A DNA stretch of 64,000 bases from Schmidtea nova. Lineage: Eukaryota. Position numbers and translations under genes: made by a program. Location: positions 574,182,001-574,246,000 of the forward strand of contig CM097882.1 of assembly GCA_044892505.1 (NCBI GenBank), given 5' to 3'. The notes beneath the pieces were generated by a model. The model had not been told where the DNA came from. It ran no database searches and worked only from the letters and a program-made list of their open reading frames with translations. Shown here piece by piece: positions 37,747 through 48,100 of the stretch (the stretch's first letter is position 1; each line of letters starts with the position of its first letter).

Positions 37747-38351
37747 CTCAACCGGTGTTGTTGGTTAGCCAATCAGCATCGAGTATGTGTGTATGTTTGC
37801 TTCATTTTTCATGTTGTCGGCTTTTTGCTGCCTAACTTAACTTGCCGATTTGTTTGGTTAATCATGCGGTAAGTTTTTCTTTGTCATCAATTTATTTTAT
37901 TTTATTTTTGTTTTTAGGTCTTTGGTGACATCCGCCCACGCGCTGTCATATTCAGATTTTATCTGCTTCGCATGAGTGAGTTTTGAAGATTTTTGTTGTT
38001 TTGATTAATATTTTATTTCTTTTAGATGTTGCCGCCTATTTTGTTACGCTTTGGTGTTGGTAATTTATTTTGTTGTTATTCTGTATTTAATTTATTTTAT
38101 TGATTGTATATTATTTTCAGATGCTGCTCGATTTGGCTGGCCCAACATCACTCGGGGTCCCCTAAAATTGCGTCCCGCAATTACATGCATATACCTATAT
38201 CAACATACATAAAAAGTTCGTGACAGAACTTACATGCAAAACCACATAAGGTGGTAGCTGTTATACCCATTTTTACACAAAGTCACACATTGTCATTGTC
38301 ATGTTTATATTGTTACACAGTTCAATGTTTCTGGCTCATAGGGGTTGATTT

Positions 38352-38876
38352 TCAGGTCCTTTCACTGGTTGCCTGCATTTCGTATCGGGCTTGGATTTGT
38401 CGTAGATGACTTCTCATCCTTTGTTGGGTTTTTGCTTCTCTTTTAGCACATCTACACATTATCGTTTGTTGTTGTTTGAGGCTTCTGATTCGATATAGGG
38501 TATACGTAATCACGATGATCAGGATGATTGTTAATATTGTCATTGTGACTATTCCAACGATGATCCATCTGTTTCGGATTTCGGATTCGATTTGGGTTTG
38601 ACCTTTGATTGGCTTTAGGTGATCTTGAAAGGTTTTATGGATTTCTCGGATCTTCTCGATTTGATTGAATAGGGTTTGTAAGGGTTTGCGATGATCATGA
38701 CTGATTCGCATTTGCCGGATCAATTGTTTCAAGTCTTCTCTGACTTCGTTTAGTTGTTTTTCGATTTCTTGGGATATCTCGTTTGACAGGGTTCTTTGGA
38801 TTTCGGTTGTTGAGCAGTTCATTATTGTTGTAGTTAACATAATCGTTAGGACTGATAGGGTTTTGAGCCAGATCAT
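38352..38876 (-). CDS. 174-aa accessory membrane protein (signal peptide, coiled coil, TM)
   Basis: Hydrophobic N-terminus MIWLKTLSVLTIMLTTTIM; TM WIIVGIVTMTILTIILIIVITYTLY followed by a basic tail. Confidence 0.75.
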   Translation of the reverse strand: MIWLKTLSVLTIMLTTTIMNCSTTEIQRTLSNEISQEIEKQLNEVREDLKQLIRQMRISHDHRKPLQTLFNQIEKIREIHKTFQDHLKPIKGQTQIESEIRNRWIIVGIVTMTILTIILIIVITYTLYRIRSLKQQQTIMCRCAKREAKTQQRMRSHLRQIQARYEMQATSERT

Positions 38877-38949
38877 TTCTGATTATTCTACTGATTAATA
38901 CCTGTTACATCGATTTGTACATTTTTACACACGGATTTTTCGCCTCTTT

Positions 38950-40110
38950 TTACACATCCGTTTCCTCTGGTTCATGGTACCCTTCGTCTTGGAGCTCTAT
39001 TGGTGGTGGTGGTATAAACGGTAACCATACCACTCTACTTCTCCACATTGCAATTTCATCTTGATACGTTCGAGAGATTTGTATCTCTTCATCTAACAGA
39101 TACTCCATATAGTCCGATTGTTCGCTCAGAGTTTCGATTTGTCTTTCCATCTCTTCCACTTTTCTCTTCAGGGCTTCTGTTTCTGTTGGTTCGGTTTCTA
39201 CTTCTATGGTTTCTTTCTCTGCTTTCAGGGTTATTATCTGCTGTTTCAGTTCTTCGTTTTCTTTCGTCAAATTCGTTATATTTTCCTCATACGCTCGGTT
39301 TGATTCCGCATGTCTTTCCTTCACAGCTTTCAGTTCCATTTTCTTTTGGGTCACCACCCCTTGATAACCATTTACATCTCTTTCTAGGCTTTCTTTTTCC
39401 CTGATCAACTTTTGTCTTTCCGCTTCCTCTTTCTGTCTAATACCTCGCATTTCTCCATTTATCATCTGTATTTGCCATTGCGTTTTCTTTAGTTCCTTTG
39501 CCTGTTCTCGAATAAATCGCTGTCGTTTTCGACTCCATTCTTTGTTTGCTTGTTCTTGTCGCTTTCTCTGTTCCAATTCCTCTTTCAATTCGTCTATCTC
39601 TTGATACAATTTCCAATCTTCGCTGTATGCTGTCTTTCTGATTATCTCTTTGGCTTCTTTATACACTCGTTTCGACTCCATTTTCCAATGTCTCGCTTGA
39701 GCCTTGATTGCTAGTATTTTTACCTCCATCTTTTCCTCTTGTTTCTCCCTCTCTTCTCTTCGCGTTTTCATCATATTTTTATAATGTTCTGCTTGTTTCC
39801 TCATTAACTGATATACCTCTTCTATCTTCTGTCGACTTCGTACATTCGTTCCTTTTAGCTTCTCTATTTGTGTTGTCAGTTGTACTATCTCTTTATTTAC
39901 TTCCTCGAGTTCTAGTTGATATAATTCCATTCGTCTTTCGCATTTCAGTTTTTCGTAGAAATTATTTGTCATCACTTCGTGCAGTTCTCTGGTTTTTTGT
40001 TCCACTTCCACTTTACATCTCCTTTCGATCTCCCTTTCTATTTCTTCTCGTTCGTTCGACATCTCGTTTCTCGTTTCATCTTCGATTACGTGTTCATTTG
40101 CGTTTTCCAT
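38950..40110 (-). CDS. 386-aa long coiled-coil (SMC/myosin-tail-like) accessory protein
   Basis: E/K/Q/R-rich helical heptads along the whole length; C-terminal WLPFIPPPP. Confidence 0.75.
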   Translation of the reverse strand: MENANEHVIEDETRNEMSNEREEIEREIERRCKVEVEQKTRELHEVMTNNFYEKLKCERRMELYQLELEEVNKEIVQLTTQIEKLKGTNVRSRQKIEEVYQLMRKQAEHYKNMMKTRREEREKQEEKMEVKILAIKAQARHWKMESKRVYKEAKEIIRKTAYSEDWKLYQEIDELKEELEQRKRQEQANKEWSRKRQRFIREQAKELKKTQWQIQMINGEMRGIRQKEEAERQKLIREKESLERDVNGYQGVVTQKKMELKAVKERHAESNRAYEENITNLTKENEELKQQIITLKAEKETIEVETEPTETEALKRKVEEMERQIETLSEQSDYMEYLLDEEIQISRTYQDEIAMWRSRVVWLPFIPPPPIELQDEGYHEPEETDV

Positions 40111-40199
40111 TCTGCAATTTACAAATTTACACTTGTTACACTATGCGTTTATTGTTGTTGTCGATTTTTACAATTTATTTACAGGGTCGTTCACTCTGA

Positions 40200-41612
40200 C
40201 TACTCTAACCATCCTTTCGTTGACTTCGTGTTCATCACTGTTGTACTTGCTTTCTTTTCGATCTCCAACTCTACATATAGGTTGTCGTCGTACAACATCT
40301 CCCACATTGTTTGGTGTGGTATGAATTTTGGTTCTCCTGTTGCTATTGAACATTCTGTGGTTGGTCTTTTGTAAGCTTCGTGCTTACCATCAATTTTGAA
40401 TACTCTCGCTATTGTTTCTTTCGAGTTTTTCACTCTCATTATAGCCTTTGTTTCTAGTGGCCATTCTAATATGTCGTCGTAACCAACTTTACACAACGCA
40501 AAGAATAATGACACATGCGTTTCCTTTCCTGATCCATCTCCATTTGGATAAATTCTCATTCGAACTTTGTATCCGTTTTTCCACAGATAAAATGGTGGAC
40601 TTGTTACCGACACTTGACTTCCTGCTTTTGCTGCTGCGAACTTGTCGTTGAAGTTCTTGATTTTCCATACATATGGTGCGACCGGTAAATTCTCGATATC
40701 CTCTGTATCTCGTATCCACATTTGATGTCGCACGTTTACTTCTTTTACCAATGTCTCTATGACTTTGATTTTCTCCATCATTTTCTCTCTGGTGAGCTCG
40801 AATTGCTCTCTCGTTTCCAGTAATAACTCCGTCATTACCCTCTGAGATTCGATTTCTTTTCCCAGCTTCTGTATGGTTTGTTCCATCCCGTTCAAATTTT
40901 CTGTTAACATCTCGGCGTGTTGTAACGTTTCCGTTTCCAAATGCTCTTTCATCTCTTTGTTCGTTTTCTTTACTGCACATCCTTGTTTACTCCATACGCA
41001 CTTTCTTGGTCTTGATTCGCATTGTTCCCAATGTTCTCTCAACATCACTTCTTCTCCGGTTCCGCAATTACTCGGACAAATTCCTCTGCATTTTCCACAC
41101 ACTTTCTCTTCTGTTACGTTGAGATGTTCTGTTTCGATTACTTCTCTCGTCTCTCTCTGTTCGCAGTATTGACACTCTATTATCTCTGCTTTGCACTCAT
41201 CCTTGTGATTTTTCGACTGCTTGATGGTTATCGTCTGTTGACACTTTTCACATATCGCTTTCTTGTTTTCACATTTCTCCAGATGTTGTCTTAACTCGAT
41301 TATTGGTCCTTTCCATTCACATGGTGGGTTTATACACTCTGTTTTTATCTTCCAGATCTCCTTTTGGATTGCTTTGTCTGATTTCGTCTCGTTGATTAGT
41401 AGTTTATCGTCACACTCTGGACACTTTCTTGTCTCACTTTCACTGATTATTTGCAATATACACTTGGTGCACATCCTGCATCCACATTCCGTTTGTCTCG
41501 GTTTTAACAGTAAATTTTTACACTTTACACACGTCACATTTACTCCCCATTGTCGATTTTCTCCTCTTAGAATCTCGATGGTTTGGTAATCTGCTTCACT
41601 TTCTGCTCTCAT
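40200..41612 (-). CDS. Full-length TRAF-like protein (RING, TRAF zinc fingers, coiled coil, MATH)
   Basis: CVKC...TECGCRMCTKC...CPEC RING; CINPPCEWKG...HLEKC fingers; MATH YVWKIKNF...SPPFY...GYKVRMRIYPNGDGSGKETHVSLFF...DDILEWP. Confidence 0.92.
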   Translation of the reverse strand: MRAESEADYQTIEILRGENRQWGVNVTCVKCKNLLLKPRQTECGCRMCTKCILQIISESETRKCPECDDKLLINETKSDKAIQKEIWKIKTECINPPCEWKGPIIELRQHLEKCENKKAICEKCQQTITIKQSKNHKDECKAEIIECQYCEQRETREVIETEHLNVTEEKVCGKCRGICPSNCGTGEEVMLREHWEQCESRPRKCVWSKQGCAVKKTNKEMKEHLETETLQHAEMLTENLNGMEQTIQKLGKEIESQRVMTELLLETREQFELTREKMMEKIKVIETLVKEVNVRHQMWIRDTEDIENLPVAPYVWKIKNFNDKFAAAKAGSQVSVTSPPFYLWKNGYKVRMRIYPNGDGSGKETHVSLFFALCKVGYDDILEWPLETKAIMRVKNSKETIARVFKIDGKHEAYKRPTTECSIATGEPKFIPHQTMWEMLYDDNLYVELEIEKKASTTVMNTKSTKGWLE

Positions 41613-41702
41613 TCTACAACAATATTTACATCAATTTCCCCATATTTTTGATTTTTTCTGGTTCTTTATTTACACGTATTTACACAATTTTCCGCTTATT
41701 CA

Positions 41703-42053
41703 CTATACATCCTCAGTTGAATCTGGCTCTGGATACACGTCTATCTCATTTACAATCCAGCTCGTCCAGCTATCTGGTATCTCTTCCTCTTCATGTCTCG
41801 TTAATCTGTCAATTTCCTCTGCTTGCCAGTTGTTCACTTCATTCAATGTTCGGTTCTCGTTCTGTAATTCGTTTATCTGTAGTTGTTGAATCTCGATTTT
41901 GTTCATTGCTTCGAAATTACAGTTGTAACTCTCGGTTAATAATTGCGTTTTTGCCGTCAGCTGGCTCTGTAATTCATTTACTGTTCTGGCTAGCAGGTCA
42001 CATTGCACTTTCCATCTTGCCATCATCGACATCTCGATATTTTCTTGATTCAT
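41703..42053 (-). CDS. 116-aa acidic coiled-coil accessory protein
   Basis: Same strand and composition as its neighbours; YAG 6 nt upstream of the ATG and AATAAA downstream. Confidence 0.6.
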   Translation of the reverse strand: MNQENIEMSMMARWKVQCDLLARTVNELQSQLTAKTQLLTESYNCNFEAMNKIEIQQLQINELQNENRTLNEVNNWQAEEIDRLTRHEEEEIPDSWTSWIVNEIDVYPEPDSTEDV

Positions 42054-42174
42054 CGTTTTCTAGATTATATACATCATTCTCTTTTTCTGTTTTTATGTTT
42101 TATAATATTTATACCCATACGTATACGGTTATGCATTGGTTTTTACACTACTATTTACACTCATATTCCACCCT

Positions 42175-45100
42175 CTATACGACTATCACTGGTTTTCCTT
42201 CGTACAGTTCCTCGTCTTCGATCTGTACCCACATCTCTTCGTGTTTCGATCGTCTTTTCAGCTCTTCTCGTACTTCTTTTGGTAGTTTTATGTTATAATT
42301 CATGACCTTTACGTCTGGCCATTTTACTGCTATGGTCTTATTTCTCATGCCATATCTCCAACATACTATCATGATCGTTATCAGTGGTATACACGCTATG
42401 AATACTCCCATGCTGATTAATCCCATTACTGTTTTTCCAATGCTCATTCTTGGAGTCTCACTTTGGTTTATCATCACGCCATATTGACCTTTCCATTCTG
42501 CTTCCCATTGTTCGTATTGTTGTTGTCTCCGTCTGACTTTTTCGATCACTTTCTCTGGTTCCCATTTTTCTTGTTGATTTGGTATTGTTTCTTCCTTCTC
42601 GTTTTGTTCTCTCTTCTGACTCAATTCTCGGAATTCTAACTTTTTGATTCTCCTCTTTATCGGTGTGTAGTAGGTTTCGCACCTTTCTTGTGGATTTCCT
42701 TGTGTATCCACTTCTTCAATTGCACACACCTCGTATTCTGCGTTTGTTTTCAACTTCCTCATTTCTACCTCGATTATTTCCTTTTTGTCATTTGATGTCT
42801 TTTGACAGTTTCGTGGAGACTTTCCCATACTGTTTGGCATTAATGTCCAACAGATTTCTAGGACCTTTTTATGGATCTTCCATATTATCAACGTTGTTGA
42901 TTCCGGTTCGTTTTCTATTGTCGTTCTTTCCGTTGTTGCCTGTTGAACTCCTTGACTGTTTGTTGTCGTGGTTCTTTTTGACTTTCTTTTCCTCTGTCGA
43001 CTTCCTCCCATTTCAATCGTTCTCGTTCCGTTAATTTGCTCTGGCGTCTTGTATAGTTTACATTCCGAGCTTCTTTGTATTATTTCTCTTATTCTTCGGA
43101 TTACGCAGATTTCGTAGGTTTGTCCGACTTCGAATCCATTTAGTTGAAACGGGATTCCTCGTTCTCTCGTTCTGCATTGCGGTATTATGTTGTTGGTCGA
43201 TACTCCGATGTATTTTCTCCAACACATCCCAATTGTTCTCCGACCAATATTTTTTATCTCCACGGTTACTACTTCATTCGCAATCGTTTCTTGATCTTGT
43301 TTCTTTCTTTTTGGGAACTCAATTATCTCCTTTGCTTGGAACACTTTACACTCGCTTGTTCCTGGTCTGTTTCCGTTTGCTGCCTTTTCCATGAGACATA
43401 GTTCATATTTTTTATCTGTCTCTATTTCTGTTATTTCGATTTCTTCATTTGTCTCTGCTTTTCGACTTTCTCTTGTTTCGCTGATTCCAATTACTTCATT
43501 GTTTCGTCCCCAACATCTTCCATTCGTTGTTCGTTGATCTTGGATGTTTACTAACGTCATCACGCTGATATCTATGTCCTCCATGATTCTCTTAATGAGG
43601 ATTAATATTAATGCTACACATATCAATTCTGGTTGGAATGTTAATTTGCCCGCTGGATTTTTGGTTATTCTTTCTTTCTCTGTTCGGTTTCTGATTCCTT
43701 CTTCTGCTTCAGATTGATTCTTCCCTTTCTCTGATTCCACTTCTGTTCTTCTCGTTGTCTCTTCGCTTCTTTTCTCAATCCATTTCTGTATCTTCAGCGC
43801 TTCCGTTGCTTTGTATAATTGGCATGCAGTTACTTGAGGTGCTTTTGGTTCTCCTCTCTGCTTTATTGCGCATATTATGTATGACTTTTCTTTCTCCAAT
43901 CCTTTGATTTGGATGACGTCTCGCTTCAGATCTGACAATATACACTTCAGCGTATCGTTTTTCTTCAGGTTTTCTTTCCAGCATATTCTTTCGTATACTT
44001 CGTTTCCTCTGATTATCTCTAGCGTGACGTATTGTTTCTTGGCTTCTCCTTGTCCGATGATTGTTATCAATATCGCGATACACAACATTTCTGGTCTCAA
44101 AAGTAGACTTCCTGTCCGTTTTCCATAATTCGTACGTTCGTCTTTTGTTCCACTGTTCTCTCGTTCTTCGGCTTCTCCTTTCTTGTCGTTTCTTGTTGGC
44201 TTTGGTTCTTCTTGTCTTTCTTTTTCATTATCCTCTGTTCTTTTGTTGTCATTGTCTTCGTTGTTCTTTTCGTTGTTACTTTTGTCGTCGAAGTCTCTGT
44301 AACCACCCCCTGGTCCTTTGAAAATGTCGTCCTCGACATTAATTCCTTCAATCAATCTTTCATACGTTTGAACCGCGAGTGTGCTAGACTCGAATTCCCG
44401 TATTTCCATGTCTTTGGATGGTTCTATGTCTTTTAGTCTACTTTGCTTGATCGCTTCTTTGGCATTTGCCCATTCATTCACATATTTTCTGAACAAGTCT
44501 TTCCATCTTCCCATTCGTTCCTGTTCCCTTGGGTTGTTCGTGAATTTCAAATCTCTTCTCTTCAAGAATTCTTCTACTATCTCTGGCTTTTTGTGTCTTA
44601 ATAACGCGCTTCTGATACACCAATTCTGATTCTGTTCCATATGGTCGTTGATCTTGAACACTGGTTCCTTGGTGATCGGATTCACCCATGTTAGTAATGC
44701 TCTCGTTTTCTCTATGTCGTGTATCATTACCGTCAGACTGAAATTCTTTACGTTATTTGCCAGGTATTCGATATCATCTTGTTTCTTGATGGACTTCATG
44801 AACTTGATCATCTCGAAGTTGTTCCACTGTATTGCGATATCTATGATGGAATTATTCTTTCCATTCTTCCCTTCGATTTTTGCTCCTGCTTCGTATAATT
44901 CATTTAGCACTTTCAACTTCGTCTTCTTTCTTGCTGCGATTATCATGATTGTATCTCCATTATCATCAACCGTATTCATATCTGCTTCGCACTTGACCAT
45001 TGTTTTCGTTATTTCTAACACTTCGTTTTCTTTCTTTCGACGTAATGCCCAGTGTATCGGCAATCTCCCATCCTTCGATAATAGGAATGCTACTGGTATT

Positions 45101-48100
45101 TGATTTTTGATCGTTTCTATGTCGATCTCGTTATAATCCCCTTGTGCATATCTGTGCATTTTCTCTGTAATCGCTCCTAATATTTCCAACGAGTTTTTAT
45201 TCTCTTTGAATTCCGATAATTTTTCCTGTGCTTTTGCTACGATTGCGTCTAATCTCTCTTGATGATCAGCTTTTGCATTGAACAACACTGCCTTGCTTCT
45301 TATTCGTGTTTGCATCTGTTTCATCCGTTGGTCTTGATACACTGCTTGTCTGAAGAATTGTCCATACTTCAATGCTTCCACCAGCTCTTTATATCGCTTG
45401 CTTATTTCTTTGTGCTGCTTTTGGATGTCATAAAAATGTTCGAAGCTCATATCCGGATTCCATTGCTTATCACACCATTTCTTGATTAATCCGAATAATT
45501 CTTTCTTTCTGTCTTCCAGCTTGTATTCTCTTGGGTTCTCGCTGACCCGTAGCGTATCTCTCGCTATCAACACTGCAAGTGTTTTTGGATCGTATGTTAC
45601 TTCTAGTAGATGTTTCAGTAACGTATTTTCTCCCTTTGTGAATACTTCATTACAATCTATGACCCACGAATCTCCTTCTGGTCTTTTCCACTTTAGCAAT
45701 ATCCTCCAGGTTTTACTGTTCTTTACCCCGATTGCTTGTTTCATGATCGATCCTCTAGTTAGTTCATCGATTTCCCACGTGGCATTTTCCGTAATATACT
45801 TCAGTATTCGGTGATTCGCTCTGTCAATTGCATGATTCAAGAATGTTCGTCCTTCTTTATCTTTTGTCATCCAATTCGATCTGGTGTTTCCGAATAGCTT
45901 GATTATTTCATTGTTTCTTCCGTGAATTGTCATCATCATAAGTGGAGTGATTCCTTCCCAATTCACTTTGTCAATTTCTCCTCCACCTTCGAGTATCATC
46001 TCCATGATCTCTTTCACTTTTTCGTTTCCACCGTGCTTGATTGCATTGTGCAACGCTGTGTTACCGTCTTTATCCTGTAAATTCAATGTTTGAGGGATTT
46101 CTTCCAGTAACGTTCTTGTAATTGGATGCGCTGTTCTGTCTTTTGCATACTCCATTACATTCTTTCGAACTTCTGACAGTATATGGAAATCGTGCCACCA
46201 TCTCCATTCCGGTATGATTTCTCTGGTTTTCTTTGCCAGTTCTTTGATGTCTATTATCTCCCTTCGGTTGTCCTCTAGACTGGTTTGCGGCTTTTGTTGT
46301 ACTCGTAACATATTAATTCTCGCCGTCTGTGATCTTGTCATCACCCGTTTCTCTGGTGATAGAGTTGCTGTCTTTGGTATTTTTCTGCATCGACATGCAT
46401 TCACGTATATTGGTCTTACCAATGGATTGTTCACCAATCGTACTCGCACATTATTTTCATTTACTGTTGTTATTTCGTATGGCCCTTTGCCTGGTCGTTG
46501 GAGTTTCTTGACCGTACCGGGTATTATCTCTGGTGTCTCAATTATCACCCAATCTCCAACTTTTAACTCATGTGCTTTCACATTCTTTTTCTGGTCATGC
46601 AGATCCTTGTAACTCTCTTGATAGAACTTGATGTTTAGTTCCGCCGTTTTCCAGATCTCTTGCATTCTTTCTTTGAACTTCGTCACGTAATCGTCAACCT
46701 CCATGTACTGTGATAATGGTGGTTGGTATTCTAAATCGATTGGTAAGTTGCAATCTCTTCCGTACATCAGTTGGAATGGACTTAGCTTTGTTGCCGCATG
46801 TATTGACATTCTATATGCCATTAAGCACAAGTTGATATATTCATCCCAGTCAGTTTGATGTTTACTGACGTAATTTGACAACATGCGTATCAATGTTCCA
46901 TTGAACCTTTCTGTTTGATCGTTCGTTTGTGGATGGTATGGGGATGTTCGTAATTTCGCAATTCGGAAGTAATTCGTGACCTCGTCTAATATTTCACTCA
47001 TGAAGTTCGTTCCTTGGTCCGTTAGGATTTTCTTTGGTGTTCCGTATCTGCAGCATATCTCTTCTACCAATATTCTCGCGACTGTTTTTGCTTTTTGATC
47101 TGGTATTGCGAACGCTTCTGGGAACTTTGTTAGATAGTCCGTGACTACTAAGATATATTGATTCCCTTTTAAACTTTCCGGCAATGGCCCAACTACATCC
47201 ATTGCTATCGTCGCCATAGGTTCCGCAGGTATTGGCATAGGTTTTAGTGGTGTTTTCCACTTCGTTCCTACGTTCTTTCTTGTCGCACAGGTTAAGCAGT
47301 TCTTTATCCATTCCTTCACATCATCTTCCATGGTTGGCCAAAAATACTTTTGTCTCAATCTCCCGATTGTCTTTTTCGCTGACATATGTCCGCCTAATTT
47401 TCCGTCATGATATTGAGTCATGATTTCCTTTCGCCTATTCGCAGGTAAGCACATCAATCTCCGTTCTCCATCCTGTATCAATAACCATCCTTTTTCCATC
47501 ACGTATCTATGTTGATATTTCTGCATATGTTCACGCAACACTTGGTTCTTGCCGAATATTTCCATTTCCCTTTCTTTCAAATACTTGCTGATCAATCCCA
47601 ACTCCTCATCTTCGAGTTGATCTTTCCTTAGTTCGCTGAAATCCAAATCCTCCGCTATTAATGCACATATTTTCAGAGCATTCAGGTTCACCAATTCTGG
47701 AAATGTAAACCTTGACATGCAATCCGCATTTGCATTTGCTTTTCCTGCTTTAAACTTTATGAACGGCGAGTATTCCTGTAACTGCATCGCCCAACGCATC
47801 AATCTACTTGATGATTCTTTATGTTGGCCTAACCATACTAGTGGTTGATGATCCGTCGTGATATATATTTCATGACCCCACAATAGGTATTTGAAATGCT
47901 TGATTGCCAATATTATCGCATAGGCTTCTCTTTCTGTGACTGAGTAATTCCTTTCATGTTTCCTGAACGTTCGACTATAATATCCGATTACTCTCTCTTT
48001 GCCTCCTTCATCAAATTGGCCTAGTACTGCTCCTGCTGCGTATCCACTTGCATCTGTTGCCAACAGAAATGGCTTCTTAAAATCTGGATGGACTAGTATT

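Larger units (their letters stand above)
34841..38147 (-). repeat. 3' LTR, ~3307 bp
   Basis: Termini TGTTGG...CCAGCA form an imperfect inverted repeat. Identity with the 60995+ copy begins at TGCTGG. The 38147 end is inferred from the sister LTR at 29943. Confidence 0.85.
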
